Origin: Candidatus Hadarchaeota archaeon
GTDB taxonomy: Archaea > CAYQAE01 > CAYVLA01
Length of the DNA stretch: 64,000 nt
Direction of reading: 5' to 3'
Assembly (NCBI GenBank): GCA_964621445.1
Contig: CAZUNO010000005.1
Location: forward strand, 106,922-170,921
Shown: one piece after another, positions 1-9,819 of the stretch
Layout of the letters: each line of letters begins with the position of its first letter
How positions within the stretch are numbered: position 1 is the stretch's first letter
Translations under genes and position numbers: made by a program
The notes under the pieces: model-generated
Database searches by the model: none
What the model was told of the DNA's origin: nothing
Seen by the model: only the letters and a program-made list of their open reading frames with translations

Positions 1-1464
1 CGAGATATTGTTATAGAGACTGGTCAGGGGTTCCCAATCGATGCCAAACCTCTCTCTAATGCTTGACATCACCCTTGAATCCCTGATCCAACCACCCATA
101 TCCAGGTAATCAAACACAAAGGTAGCTAGAAAGGTCATCGCCCCAAAAAGGCCCACCAGAAAAAAAGGCGATATGTTGTCGAAGGCGTGAGGAGGATCCA
201 TACCATTACCGGGTCCCGCGGAACCTTCCCCGGTCTGGCCTAGAACCCTTCCAGTGTAATTCTCGACCACCCAGGTTCGATTCTCATCCTGGACATAGAG
301 ACTGTCCGTATCCCCGTCATATGTTATCGTCGCGTTACTGCCCGGGTCGACCCCGGTCTCCTCGCTTATCTCACCCATTATGGAGTCCGGTATGTCGGTA
401 ACCTCCGTTCCCCCACTGACATTGGTACCATCCGCGACCTCCCTCAAGTCGTCGGATAGATTGGGCATGTCCTCGTCGATATTGCCGGGATTTGCATTGT
501 CTACTATTAGAAAGGCCACCAGGCCAAACACCAGTATGGCGCAGGCCACCATGATCGGGGTTCTATACCGTAAGGACCCGCCTGGTCGCTTTGATGAGGA
601 CTCCTTCTCCTCCTTGGCTCCTAGGAAAACATCCTGGAGAAGATTTCTAGCCACTTCCCGGTTACTCTTCCAGGAAAAGGGGTTGACCTTTATGGAATGG
701 GACAGGGATGAATTACACGAGTTATACAGGTCTCTCTCCTCCGGTTCCCGTCCCGAGAGCTCGCTGCTGGCTGACACGTTTTCCACAAACCTCACGCCGG
801 CCCTGGTGCTTGCTCCCTGTTCTAGATCGGGATGCCTTCTGCTTCTTTCCAGAAATCTCGAGGCGATATCGGGAACGTAATCCGGAACTGGAGCCAGAGT
901 TTGGGACTTGGATCGTATGTATTCCTTTTCGAGATCACGGTCCTCTGGATAGGAAACGGTCACTACCTGGAAATGATCCAATAGTTTGGGATCGATTTGA
1001 TCTGATGTGGCCAGGGCAATGATCCTTGCATCCACATCAACCTTATACTGGAAGATCTCAATCATCCCGGTGTCCAAGAAATCCGCCAGGGCCATCGTTA
1101 GCTTCCGTGGCATGTTGTCGATATCCCTGAACAGTATCGCTCCCCCGTCGCTCTTCTCGATAATTCCGGGTATGTAGGATCTATCGTCCGAGAATCCGTA
1201 TTCCTTGAGGGCCAGGGGATCAACATCTCCAAACAAGTCCACATTTCTCAGATTGGACGAGCAGTTAACCCTATCTGTATCTAGATCCAGCACTTCCAGG
1301 ATAATGGAGGCCACGTTCTCCTTATCCACTCCCCGGGGACCGATGATCAGGATTGGTCTTCCAGTTAGGACGGATGATATGAGGTCAGCCTTCTCCCTTT
1401 CCGAAAGCAAGGTCTCGGATAGCTTCTCCTCCATCTCTCTGATCAGGGTCCTATTATCCTTCAC
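1..1464 (-). CDS. Degenerate AAA+ (ChlD/MoxR-like) domain fused to two TM helices and an external loop; partial, runs off the window
   Basis: Manual translation, not in the ORF track. GTG at 1464 overlaps the upstream TGA (GTGA) and the frame stays open for 488 codons to base 1. Aligns with the neighbouring ATPase: GPRGVDKE vs GPRGCGKT, DLFGDVDP vs DLLGDIDP, ILFRDID vs IVFCDEI, ASTRAG vs ASVRAS. Hydrophobic segments IMVACAILVFGLVAFLIV and FFLVGLFGAMTFLATFVF. Confidence 0.85.
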   Translation of the reverse strand, partial: MKDNRTLIREMEEKLSETLLSEREKADLISSVLTGRPILIIGPRGVDKENVASIILEVLDLDTDRVNCSSNLRNVDLFGDVDPLALKEYGFSDDRSYIPGIIEKSDGGAILFRDIDNMPRKLTMALADFLDTGMIEIFQYKVDVDARIIALATSDQIDPKLLDHFQVVTVSYPEDRDLEKEYIRSKSQTLAPVPDYVPDIASRFLERSRRHPDLEQGASTRAGVRFVENVSASSELSGREPEERDLYNSCNSSLSHSIKVNPFSWKSNREVARNLLQDVFLGAKEEKESSSKRPGGSLRYRTPIMVACAILVFGLVAFLIVDNANPGNIDEDMPNLSDDLREVADGTNVSGGTEVTDIPDSIMGEISEETGVDPGSNATITYDGDTDSLYVQDENRTWVVENYTGRVLGQTGEGSAGPGNGMDPPHAFDNISPFFLVGLFGAMTFLATFVFDYLDMGGWIRDSRVMSSIRERFGIDWEPLTSLYNNIS

Positions 1465-2489
1465 CTGAGATACCAACCATAATCATGTAGAACTTCGAGG
1501 GCCTGTTTCTTTACCTCCGAATGGGGGGCTCCGGTAGCCGCGGGGAGAACCGAACAAAGGGCATCATATAGATCCTTAACCTGGGCAGAGCCGTTTCCGG
1601 AGATAAGCGAGTAGGCCTGGGTCTTCTCGAAGATCTTTATGCTCGCCCTCACGCTGGCCGGTTGGAAATTTGTGTTATTACCCCTTGTTTTTTGGGTTGA
1701 GGATGCAATAGCTTCCATCATCTCCTCACCCACCTTAACTCCAAGATCCTTTGCCTCATTCTTTATTATCGTTGCCTCGTCCTGGATCCTATTGGGATAG
1801 GACATCTCTATAACGTCAACTCTATCAAGTAGTACGTCGATGAGGGGAACATCGCCAGACTCGGCGGAAAGATTGGATGTGGCTATCATAAGGAAATCCG
1901 CCGGGTAGTCCAGATCGTAACCCGAGATGGTGGCCTTCCCTTCATCAAGGACCTGCAAAAAGGCCCCCTGCAACCTCTGGGGCATCTTCGCAATCTCGTC
2001 GCAGAAGACTATCCCGTTATTGCCCTTGAGCAGTTTTCCCGGAGTGAAAGCCCGATAATCATCGGGGGAGTATTTGAAAGCCGCAACTGGATCTATGTCT
2101 CCAAGGAGGTCCTGGACGGTTAGGTCAGGGCTTCCCTGAATTCTCACGAATCTCTCGAGGCCACTGACATTTCTTGTAGGGGCTCTCTCCGGGTCCATTT
2201 CCGAATCGCCGTATCGGCTCCTACAAACTGGACACGCAATCTGATCGGGCTGACAGTTGAACTCGCATCCCTCTATCACATTGATAGGACCCAGCATCTT
2301 TGCCATCTCCTTGGCTAGCGTGGTCTTTCCACAACCCCTTGGCCCCTTGAGGATGACATCGTGTCCGGCCACAATTGAGGCCAGGAACTGCTTCTTCGCT
2401 TCCCTCTGTCCAATTATCCGGGATAGCGGATCCTTTCCCTCTCTCACCGACTTGATTAGGATTTCTCGGATCTCGGTTTTGACATCCAT
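1461..2489 (-). CDS. AAA+ ATPase, ChlI/MoxR (Mg-chelatase subunit I-like) family
   Basis: IIGQ, Walker A GPRGCGKT, Cys-rich insert CEFNC..CPVC, Walker B IVFCDE, Arg finger LLDR, sensor 2 ASVRA. Confidence 0.9.
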   Translation of the reverse strand: MDVKTEIREILIKSVREGKDPLSRIIGQREAKKQFLASIVAGHDVILKGPRGCGKTTLAKEMAKMLGPINVIEGCEFNCQPDQIACPVCRSRYGDSEMDPERAPTRNVSGLERFVRIQGSPDLTVQDLLGDIDPVAAFKYSPDDYRAFTPGKLLKGNNGIVFCDEIAKMPQRLQGAFLQVLDEGKATISGYDLDYPADFLMIATSNLSAESGDVPLIDVLLDRVDVIEMSYPNRIQDEATIIKNEAKDLGVKVGEEMMEAIASSTQKTRGNNTNFQPASVRASIKIFEKTQAYSLISGNGSAQVKDLYDALCSVLPAATGAPHSEVKKQALEVLHDYGWYLR

Positions 2490-2748
2490 GACCTCAACAC
2501 ACCCCTTCGTGTTAGTCTTCCTACCGTTTAACTCTATTCTATTTCATTCTGAAATAACTGAAAGGCGAAATAATGGGGCTTCAAATGTCTAGGATTTCCC
2601 TTTTCTTATTTAATAACATTTTATGAAAATTGGTATGTCATAATTACTGCAATATAATAATACTAATTATATATTCCACCATTACCTTGACCGTGAAACG
2701 GCGTTTTTCGCCTACATAAGATTAATAAGGTAAATCATCAGCGCTCCA

Positions 2749-3570
2749 ATGCTCACAATTCAGGGAAATCCAGGGGGCAACGCAGGCTTGGATGAATATA
2801 TATTATTCTCGAAAAACGGAGAGGACTCCTTCGAGGTCAAGATTCCCTTTTCTTCCGACTCCTTGAACCAGGTCTCGGATCTACTGACCAAGCAAGGATT
2901 CCTAGTGGAAAGAAAGGAGATGGATAGGCTTCAGACCGAATTAGTCGAACTCAAGTCCATGCTAAGTGAAGTAAGGGAAGAAAACGAAAGCCTCGGTCGA
3001 CTTCTCCAAGATATCCTCAAAGGACTGGACAGCACCAAGTCCCAAGGCGCTAACCGGGAGACCAAATCGGGACTGACCGATACGGGAACTGAGAAGATGA
3101 GAATCCCGGATGATAAGATCTCCATGCTCCCCTCCCCGGATACAAAGGCATTCAAGCTCATAAGCAAGCTGGCAAAGGAGCACATGGATGAGAAATTTAC
3201 CACCTCCGGCCTAAGCCTGTACGAAAAGCGAGTTTTCTCCCTTCTAGTCAAGAGATATGAGTTCGCGAGAAGGGTGGGTAAGAAGGGTCGCAGCGTCGTA
3301 TATACCTTCCACCCTCCGGCCCTTGAATCCCTATGCAAGGAGCTCGGCGGAAGGGCCATGATCTCAGTTCGTTCCCGGGTGAGATCGAAATCGGTGGTGG
3401 ACTTCCTGGAAAAGATGAAGGATAGATATCCCCATTTCTGTTACAGAGAGGTTCCCAGCCAAACCGGGTACAAGCAACATGAGCTTCTCTTCTCCGACAA
3501 GTCGGTCAGAAAATCGGTGATGGGCAACCTGACCCGGACCTTCGGGCCGAACAGCGTCAAGATCCTGTAG
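2749..3570 (+). CDS. Hypothetical protein with coiled coil and possible winged-helix domain
   Basis: 273-aa ORF; heptads LQTELVELKSMLSEVREENESL; wing-like RRVGKKGRSVVYTF. Confidence 0.6.
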   Translation: MLTIQGNPGGNAGLDEYILFSKNGEDSFEVKIPFSSDSLNQVSDLLTKQGFLVERKEMDRLQTELVELKSMLSEVREENESLGRLLQDILKGLDSTKSQGANRETKSGLTDTGTEKMRIPDDKISMLPSPDTKAFKLISKLAKEHMDEKFTTSGLSLYEKRVFSLLVKRYEFARRVGKKGRSVVYTFHPPALESLCKELGGRAMISVRSRVRSKSVVDFLEKMKDRYPHFCYREVPSQTGYKQHELLFSDKSVRKSVMGNLTRTFGPNSVKIL

Positions 3571-4480
3571 AGTTTAGGTCCCCGGAATCCAGGCCCATAA
3601 CCACCCCGTAAATGACGTCCCCCACAGCCTTGAGGCTATCGGCATCTATCTTGTCCAGGTCGTCCTTCTCAGTATGCCAGTATGAATTCAGGGGGCCATA
3701 TTCGAAATCGATGAGCACACATGATGGGACCCCAGCAGACATGAAAGGCACGTGATCGTCCAGCACCATTATCTGTGATTGGCCGAAATGTTCATTATAC
3801 CCCATCTCATCGGCCTTAGCCCATATATAATTCAACAGCTCCCTGTCCGAGTTACCATCCCTTTGAATCATAAGCTTTCTGTCCCCGATCATATCCGGTA
3901 CAATGAGCCAGGAGGGTAAACTCTCCTCCTCTTCCAGCAGCTCAACAAGGTGGCGACTCCCGTAGAACATTGTCTCCGGATCATCCCCCGTGTCCTCACC
4001 GTCGAAGAATATCAACCACACCGTATGCTCCAGGGCCTGCTCAACCAGCACTTCTCCCAGCTCCAACAGCAGTCCGGCACTGGACCCGCCATCATTGGCC
4101 CCGGGAATATCCTTGGTATCGTAGTGGCCCCCAACCGCTATTATCCCCCTCCCTCCACTTCCTGGTATGATCCCTATGATATTTTCCATATCATAATCAG
4201 TACCCTCATAGGTGGCCACGAAGGGGTCACACCTGACCTTCAATCCCATCACCCGTAGCTGACCTTTGATGTACTCCCTGGCCTGGGCAATCGAATCAGA
4301 TCCTATGGACCGAGGACCCAGGGACACCAGGTGTTCCACCTGTGAAAGGGCCCTTTCACCGGATACGGGGGTCATATCGCCATCCCCGATGGAAACCTCA
4401 TTACCGTGGTCCAGGATGAAGAGCATGGAGAGGAGGGCTCCGAGAAGCAAAATTATGGAAATAGTAAGCTTTCGGTCCAT
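3557..4480 (-). CDS. Secreted M28-family zinc protein, glutaminyl-cyclase-like
   Basis: N-terminal hydrophobic anchor; GHYDT, GANDGGS, FFDGED, DMIGD, DDHVPF, WHT motifs. Confidence 0.85.
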   Translation of the reverse strand: MDRKLTISIILLLGALLSMLFILDHGNEVSIGDGDMTPVSGERALSQVEHLVSLGPRSIGSDSIAQAREYIKGQLRVMGLKVRCDPFVATYEGTDYDMENIIGIIPGSGGRGIIAVGGHYDTKDIPGANDGGSSAGLLLELGEVLVEQALEHTVWLIFFDGEDTGDDPETMFYGSRHLVELLEEEESLPSWLIVPDMIGDRKLMIQRDGNSDRELLNYIWAKADEMGYNEHFGQSQIMVLDDHVPFMSAGVPSCVLIDFEYGPLNSYWHTEKDDLDKIDADSLKAVGDVIYGVVMGLDSGDLNSTGS

Positions 4481-4537
4481 GATAAAAGATTAATAAGCAA
4501 ATCAGAGGCTTATTAACGTTCCCTAAGAGGTCGCAAG

Positions 4538-6025
4538 TTGAGAAGAACCCTTCCCATACTGCTCTTGATCCTTATATTCTCCCCGATTTCGGTCTTTTCT
4601 TTCGCCGAAGTTGAGAGAATGCCCTACTTCGTCAAATCCCAAGGCGGGAAGACGATTTACTGGAACGAATCCTATAGGATCCTCGCCGGCGACCTGGAAC
4701 TCCAGCTGGTAACCGGTACAGCACGGGTATCCGACCAGTTTGGTGACCGGATGCTGGAATGGGATCCGGAAATAATATCCATAAAGGTCGAAGACGAGGA
4801 GGTAATGCGTAGAAAGACGCTTGAATTCATCTCCGACGATCCCCTCCTCAACATGCCTTTCCTGGGGATAGGCGGCGTGGTGTCCCCAACAAATGAGATA
4901 ATGGGACTAACCCCTTCGGGGGCACCCGCATCCAATTTGGAGTGGGGAGAGAAAGGAGAGGAAGGTGTTGTGTCCTGGTCTACCTCGTATCAATACAAGG
5001 CCGGGGATAGAATATCATGGCTTAATAGGTCCTTCCTGCTGAATGCGAGCCTTAAGATCGATTGTGAATTCACGGTTGTGGATGCATATCAGGCCATGGA
5101 ACAGAAGGTAATGGTCACCAACGGGGACGAATCCCAGTCCCTTCCCTTCCCCCTGGAGACCGCGTTCTGCCTGGGCTCCTCATTTGAGGAAAAGGCCTTG
5201 AGCCTGCCAAATATGACCCTTGAACCCGACAGGTACTTCACCTATCCGGCCACCGACCTTCCCGTCCAGTGGTATGACCCCGCCTCAGATTCCTACAGCC
5301 TGCCGGGATCCATGTGGTCGGAGGATGATCTTCCCGGACTTCTATATACCGAGTTTGATCTTCAAAACCGCGACTGGTTCGGCGCAGTAACCGAAACCCA
5401 GATATCCTATCAAATGCAGGGAGGCGCGGGGGTGAGGGTGCTTTCAAGCCAGGGATTTGAAGATTTCCGCCCCTATTCCATGTTCATCTCCGGCGAGGAT
5501 GACCACATGGTATTCGGGTTCAAACCGTACAGCCAAGCCGGGAGTTACGATGATTTCACACCCATGACCGTTGATCCGGGTGAACAAGCATCACTTGAAC
5601 TCCTTTGGTTTTTCCCGGAGTCCGAGGGGGAAACCATGGGACTGTCCGACCTCGAGGAGTTCGCCAACCAGTCCATCTCAGTTTCGCAATTCGTCCAATC
5701 GGAGAAGGACGCGGAAGAGCTCTTCAAGGAGGCTAATTCCCTGGCCGCTGATGGCCAGATGGTCCAAGCGGTCGACAAGGCCACCTCGGCCTTCCTCACC
5801 TACCAGAATCTGGGAAAGATTTCTGACACCATGCTGGAGGAGAGCCGCAACATCAATACCACGATAACAACCTGGAGGAACTCAGCATCCGACCCCGAAC
5901 CCCACCCAGAAAAGGGGGATAGGAGCGCCATGTTCATCACCCTGGGGATCTTCCTGGTTCTATTAATCTCGATTTCGTTCTGGGTCTATGTCATCAAGCC
6001 ACGCCGTGCACAGGGAAATGATTAA
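4538..6025 (+). CDS. Hypothetical secreted protein with C-terminal membrane anchor
   Basis: Signal peptide, acidic beta-rich body, helical bundle, C-terminal TM followed by KPRR. Confidence 0.7.
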   Translation: MRRTLPILLLILIFSPISVFSFAEVERMPYFVKSQGGKTIYWNESYRILAGDLELQLVTGTARVSDQFGDRMLEWDPEIISIKVEDEEVMRRKTLEFISDDPLLNMPFLGIGGVVSPTNEIMGLTPSGAPASNLEWGEKGEEGVVSWSTSYQYKAGDRISWLNRSFLLNASLKIDCEFTVVDAYQAMEQKVMVTNGDESQSLPFPLETAFCLGSSFEEKALSLPNMTLEPDRYFTYPATDLPVQWYDPASDSYSLPGSMWSEDDLPGLLYTEFDLQNRDWFGAVTETQISYQMQGGAGVRVLSSQGFEDFRPYSMFISGEDDHMVFGFKPYSQAGSYDDFTPMTVDPGEQASLELLWFFPESEGETMGLSDLEEFANQSISVSQFVQSEKDAEELFKEANSLAADGQMVQAVDKATSAFLTYQNLGKISDTMLEESRNINTTITTWRNSASDPEPHPEKGDRSAMFITLGIFLVLLISISFWVYVIKPRRAQGND

Positions 6026-6516
6026 CCATCATCCATCCGGTAGGTCATCTTGATTGCATCCTCTCCATCCCTGTAATACCCAGGTACCAATCTATCGGTC
6101 TCGTACCCCAGTGAACGGTAGAGTTCTATGGCCGAGGTATTGCTTTTCCTAACCTCAAGTTTCACCCGGTCAGCCCCTGCTTCCTCCAGCTTTCTGTCCA
6201 CATTCCTGATAAGCAGTCGGGCTATCCCCCTTCTTCGTTTCTCCGGACGGACGGCTATCGATATGATGTGGCCCTCCCTTTCATTCCTGATATCGGCTAT
6301 AACATAGCCAAGCAGACGATCATCTGCCTCAGCCACCAGAAATGTTGATCTATTCTTGTTGGCCAAAAACCTTAGGTACCCCATTGGGTAAGGACTAGGG
6401 AAGGATTTTTCCTCTAGGTCGAGTATCCTCTCCAAGTCCTCGCGGCGTACCTCCCTGATCCCGATTTCCGCAGCGCCTTCCAGGTGACTTCCCCCTTGAC
6501 CTTTCAGCAAACCCAA
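6022..6516 (-). CDS. rimI: RimI/Ard1-type N-terminal acetyltransferase (GNAT)
   Basis: GHIISIAV, RRRGIA acetyl-CoA motif, LEVRKSN..AIELY..LGY, YYRDGEDA. Confidence 0.9.
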   Translation of the reverse strand: MGLLKGQGGSHLEGAAEIGIREVRREDLERILDLEEKSFPSPYPMGYLRFLANKNRSTFLVAEADDRLLGYVIADIRNEREGHIISIAVRPEKRRRGIARLLIRNVDRKLEEAGADRVKLEVRKSNTSAIELYRSLGYETDRLVPGYYRDGEDAIKMTYRMDDG

Positions 6517-6654
6517 ATCATGGCCTAATATATTTGAGCCAGGGTCCGAGCCCTTCCATTACCCAATATGCAGTTCAGATTCTCCAAATTTTCCCTTAAT
6601 CCATGGTCATACATATTAGTCATTTCAGTCAATTTTCCTCAAGGCGTGTAGAAC

Positions 6655-7059
6655 TTGAGCAACAGGAGACGTGGCATAAACTACGAAAGGAAGTTGGTGG
6701 ACCTACTTCATGAAATGGGCTATGCTGCGGTTAGGGTGGCCGGGAGCGGAGCCAAAGCCCTGCCTTGCCCCGACGTCGTTGCCTGTCATAAAGGGGACAT
6801 ACTGGCCATAGAGGTCAAGACCACGCGCAAGAACCAGGTCTACCTGTCGGACAACCAGGTCGATGATCTAAAGATCTATTCCAGGAATGCCGGGGCCAAG
6901 CCGCTGGTAGCCGTAAAATTCACCCATCTCGACTGGTATTTTCTAGAGCCATCCGAGATTCCCAGGACCGATGGAAGCGTATTGGTGGTCTCCAGGGATA
7001 TGGCCACCCAGGAAGGGTTAACCTCCCTGGACATCAAGCCCATGACCGAGAAGGTGTAG
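6655..7059 (+). CDS. hjc: Archaeal Holliday junction resolvase Hjc
   Basis: G..YERKL, RVAGSG, PD..IEVK nuclease motif, AVKF. Confidence 0.93.
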   Translation: MSNRRRGINYERKLVDLLHEMGYAAVRVAGSGAKALPCPDVVACHKGDILAIEVKTTRKNQVYLSDNQVDDLKIYSRNAGAKPLVAVKFTHLDWYFLEPSEIPRTDGSVLVVSRDMATQEGLTSLDIKPMTEKV

Positions 7060-7061
7060 GT

Positions 7062-8132
7062 TTGCAGATCCTCAAATTGGATCTGAAGAATAACACGGTA
7101 AAGCTGAAAATCGATGATATCGATGACCTTTGGGTCGTATACAACACCATCGAGCAGGGCGATCGTGTCCGCGCCAGGACCTTCAGAAGGGAAAAACTGG
7201 ATAACCAGGACTCCCGTCCGGAGAGGCCCCAGAAGAAACCCGTATTCCTGACCATCCAGGTCGAGAAGGTGGAATTACACAAATACGTTAACATGGTCCG
7301 CCTCATAGGGAGGATAATTGATGGTGTGGACGTTGGCAGTTATCACAGCATAAACGTTAGAGAGGGCACCGTATTCTCCATTGTGAGGGATTGGACAAGG
7401 AGCGAGATCGGGAATCTAAAGGAGGCGGTCAAGGACAGCAAGAGACCCTCCGTCCTGGTTGTGGCTCTGGAAGAGGGAGAGGCTACATTCGGACTGGTGA
7501 GGCAGAGGGGAATTGACTTAATGGGCGATATATCGCATAACATCCCCGGGAAACGTGAGAAGGGTTCCCGCGAATCATCCCGGAAAGAGTTCTTTTCCCA
7601 GTTAGTCAATGGAATTCAAGATTTTGTCGAGTCCAGGAATACAGAATACGTGCTGATAGTTGGGCCCGAGCTAACCCGTACCGGATTCAGTAAATATGTA
7701 CAGGAAAAGGGGCTACTGGATGATGTTAACCTATCCTATGAGACCTGTTTTTCCCCCGGTGAGCCTGGGATATACGAGGCCATTCGAAGAGGTGCCGTCG
7801 ATAGACTTGTAAAGACCAGCCGGGTGTCCCAGGAGATGTCCTGGATGGAGGACCTGTTGGAGGAGATAGCAAAGGAGGGCAAGGCTACCTACGGTGCAGA
7901 TCAGGTCGAAAACGCGGTAATGGCTGGGGCGGTGGACACCCTTCTGATTACCGATGAGTTTTTCCGTAAGCGGAGACGACGATCGGAGCGGCTTATGAAC
8001 AAGGTCGAGGATTATTCGGGCCAGCACGTGTTGATAAGCACCGACCATCAGGGCGGTAAAAAGCTCCAATCTCTGGGAGGGGTGGCCGCAATCCTGAGGT
8101 ACCAACTCCCCGACACGGGGATAGGTTCCTAA
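7062..8132 (+). CDS. pelA: Pelota (aPelota/Dom34) ribosome rescue factor
   Basis: DDLW..IEQGD, GSYHS, IPGKR, ATYG, GAVDTLLI, GGVAAILRY. Confidence 0.95.
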   Translation: MQILKLDLKNNTVKLKIDDIDDLWVVYNTIEQGDRVRARTFRREKLDNQDSRPERPQKKPVFLTIQVEKVELHKYVNMVRLIGRIIDGVDVGSYHSINVREGTVFSIVRDWTRSEIGNLKEAVKDSKRPSVLVVALEEGEATFGLVRQRGIDLMGDISHNIPGKREKGSRESSRKEFFSQLVNGIQDFVESRNTEYVLIVGPELTRTGFSKYVQEKGLLDDVNLSYETCFSPGEPGIYEAIRRGAVDRLVKTSRVSQEMSWMEDLLEEIAKEGKATYGADQVENAVMAGAVDTLLITDEFFRKRRRRSERLMNKVEDYSGQHVLISTDHQGGKKLQSLGGVAAILRYQLPDTGIGS

Positions 8133-8247
8133 AAACCTGTCAGGGAAAATACGAAACAAACTTAAATAACCAGATAAGGTCAAATCTTCCGGGACATGGT
8201 CCCGCTATCACGTCAAGAGACGGAGACATTTGCACGGAGGTACAAAG

Positions 8248-8559
8248 ATGAAAGAAAACACAGTGTATATCGGAAAAAAGAAATTGATGAACTATGTACT
8301 GGCCATCGTTACGCAGTTCAACTCGGCGAACGCGGACGAAGTTGTAGTAAAGGCCAGAGGGAGAGCCATAAGTACTGCAGTTGATACATGCGAGGTTACC
8401 AAAAACCGTTTCCTTCCCGACCTGGTCTACAAGGACATTAAGTTGTCAACGGAGACAGCGAAGAGAGACGACGGAAGTGAGCTCAACGTTTCGTCGTTCG
8501 AGGCCATCCTGAGCCGGGGTAATCCGGAATCCAAGAAAAAGGAAAACGACTCCGAATAA
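8248..8559 (+). CDS. albA: DNA/RNA-binding protein Alba
   Basis: VYIGKK..MNYVLA, KARGRAISTAVD; SD GGAGGT before ATG 8248. Confidence 0.95.
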   Translation: MKENTVYIGKKKLMNYVLAIVTQFNSANADEVVVKARGRAISTAVDTCEVTKNRFLPDLVYKDIKLSTETAKRDDGSELNVSSFEAILSRGNPESKKKENDSE

Positions 8560-8637
8560 TTTCCCGATTAGTTTTCCTTCACAGGTACCGCTTGATCTGA
8601 GTAATAGATAATAGAGCTTGGCGGTTCCGGCCTATTA

Positions 8638-9819
8638 ATGAGGGTACTTATCGTCACCTGGGTCTTCCCAACCCACGGTGGGGTGTTCAACTTCCTGGAG
8701 AAGGTCATATCCGGCCTTTCCGGGGGAGAACACGAGTTCGAAGTGGTGGCCGTGGAGCCAAGTCCCGAAGCACGTAGGGAGTGCAACTATCTACCCGAAC
8801 ACCAGATACACACGGTTTCCCAGGTAGCCCTCCCAAGTCCCCTTTCCTTCCCTCTCATCGGAATGATCTTGACCGTCGTGGGAATCGCCAGGAGGGGGAA
8901 TTTCGATGTTATCTTCTGCCAGGACCCCATGTTTGCGGGCATCCCATCCCTAATCGCGTCCGGGATAACTGGCATCCCCCTGCTGGTGGCCGACCACGGG
9001 CTGGTCAAGAATTTCAAGAAGGAGGAATATTGGAGAAATTTCGGTTTTCAACTCATCATCATATGGAGGATAATATCCCTAATGGTGATGAAACCGGTGT
9101 TTAAGATCTCGTCTGGGATCTATGCCCCCGGCGAAGATGTGGCCAACGCCGTTCGCGGGCTATTCGGGAGGGAACTAACGGGGAAGATCACGGTCTTTCC
9201 AATAGGCATCGATACGGAGCGCTATCAGCCCGAAGCTGACCTTGGAAGTGAGATTAGACGGGGTCTATCCATCAAAAAAGGTCCTGTGGCCACTTTTGTA
9301 GGACGCCTACACATCGAAAGTGGGCTAGATACACTGATAGAGGCCGCCTCCGGGTTTGATGAAGATACCCTACCCATTTTTCTGATCGTGGGGGACGGGA
9401 ATCTAAAAACGGGCTATGAACGGCTGGCCAGGGAGAAAAGCGGCGGTAATTTCATCTTCCTGGGATACAGAGAGGATGTAAACCCATACCTGGCGGCCTC
9501 GGACATCTTCGTTTTCCCCAAGATCTTCGCAGGGGGTCACTCCGTTGCCCTCAGGGAGGCTATGGCAGCATCTCTGCCCTGTATAGCAACTTCAGGAGTC
9601 GATTCACACGATGAGATAATCGATGACGGTAAGAACGGAATTCTGGTCAGCCCCGGCGCGAGCTGGGAACTCCATAAGGCCCTTAAGGACCTCCTTGATA
9701 ATCCATCCCTCAGGGCCAAACTGGGAACCGCCGCCAGGAACTACGTAATTGAGAGGTACGGCATGAAGATCTTCCTGGACAACGTGAAGCGTCTATTGTC
9801 ATCACTCGAGGAGAGATGA
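8638..9819 (+). CDS. Glycosyltransferase family 4
   Basis: MRVLIV, FVGRL, IVGDG, DIFVFP, EAMAASLPCI, NGILV. Confidence 0.9.
   Translation: MRVLIVTWVFPTHGGVFNFLEKVISGLSGGEHEFEVVAVEPSPEARRECNYLPEHQIHTVSQVALPSPLSFPLIGMILTVVGIARRGNFDVIFCQDPMFAGIPSLIASGITGIPLLVADHGLVKNFKKEEYWRNFGFQLIIIWRIISLMVMKPVFKISSGIYAPGEDVANAVRGLFGRELTGKITVFPIGIDTERYQPEADLGSEIRRGLSIKKGPVATFVGRLHIESGLDTLIEAASGFDEDTLPIFLIVGDGNLKTGYERLAREKSGGNFIFLGYREDVNPYLAASDIFVFPKIFAGGHSVALREAMAASLPCIATSGVDSHDEIIDDGKNGILVSPGASWELHKALKDLLDNPSLRAKLGTAARNYVIERYGMKIFLDNVKRLLSSLEER

Noticed and set aside
380-1468. Plus-strand ORFs 380-880, 708-1022 and 1205-1468
   Set aside because: Antisense shadows of the minus-strand AAA-TM gene
2590-2690. 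Replication origin
   Set aside because: AT-rich but no ORB repeats or cdc6/orc1 nearby
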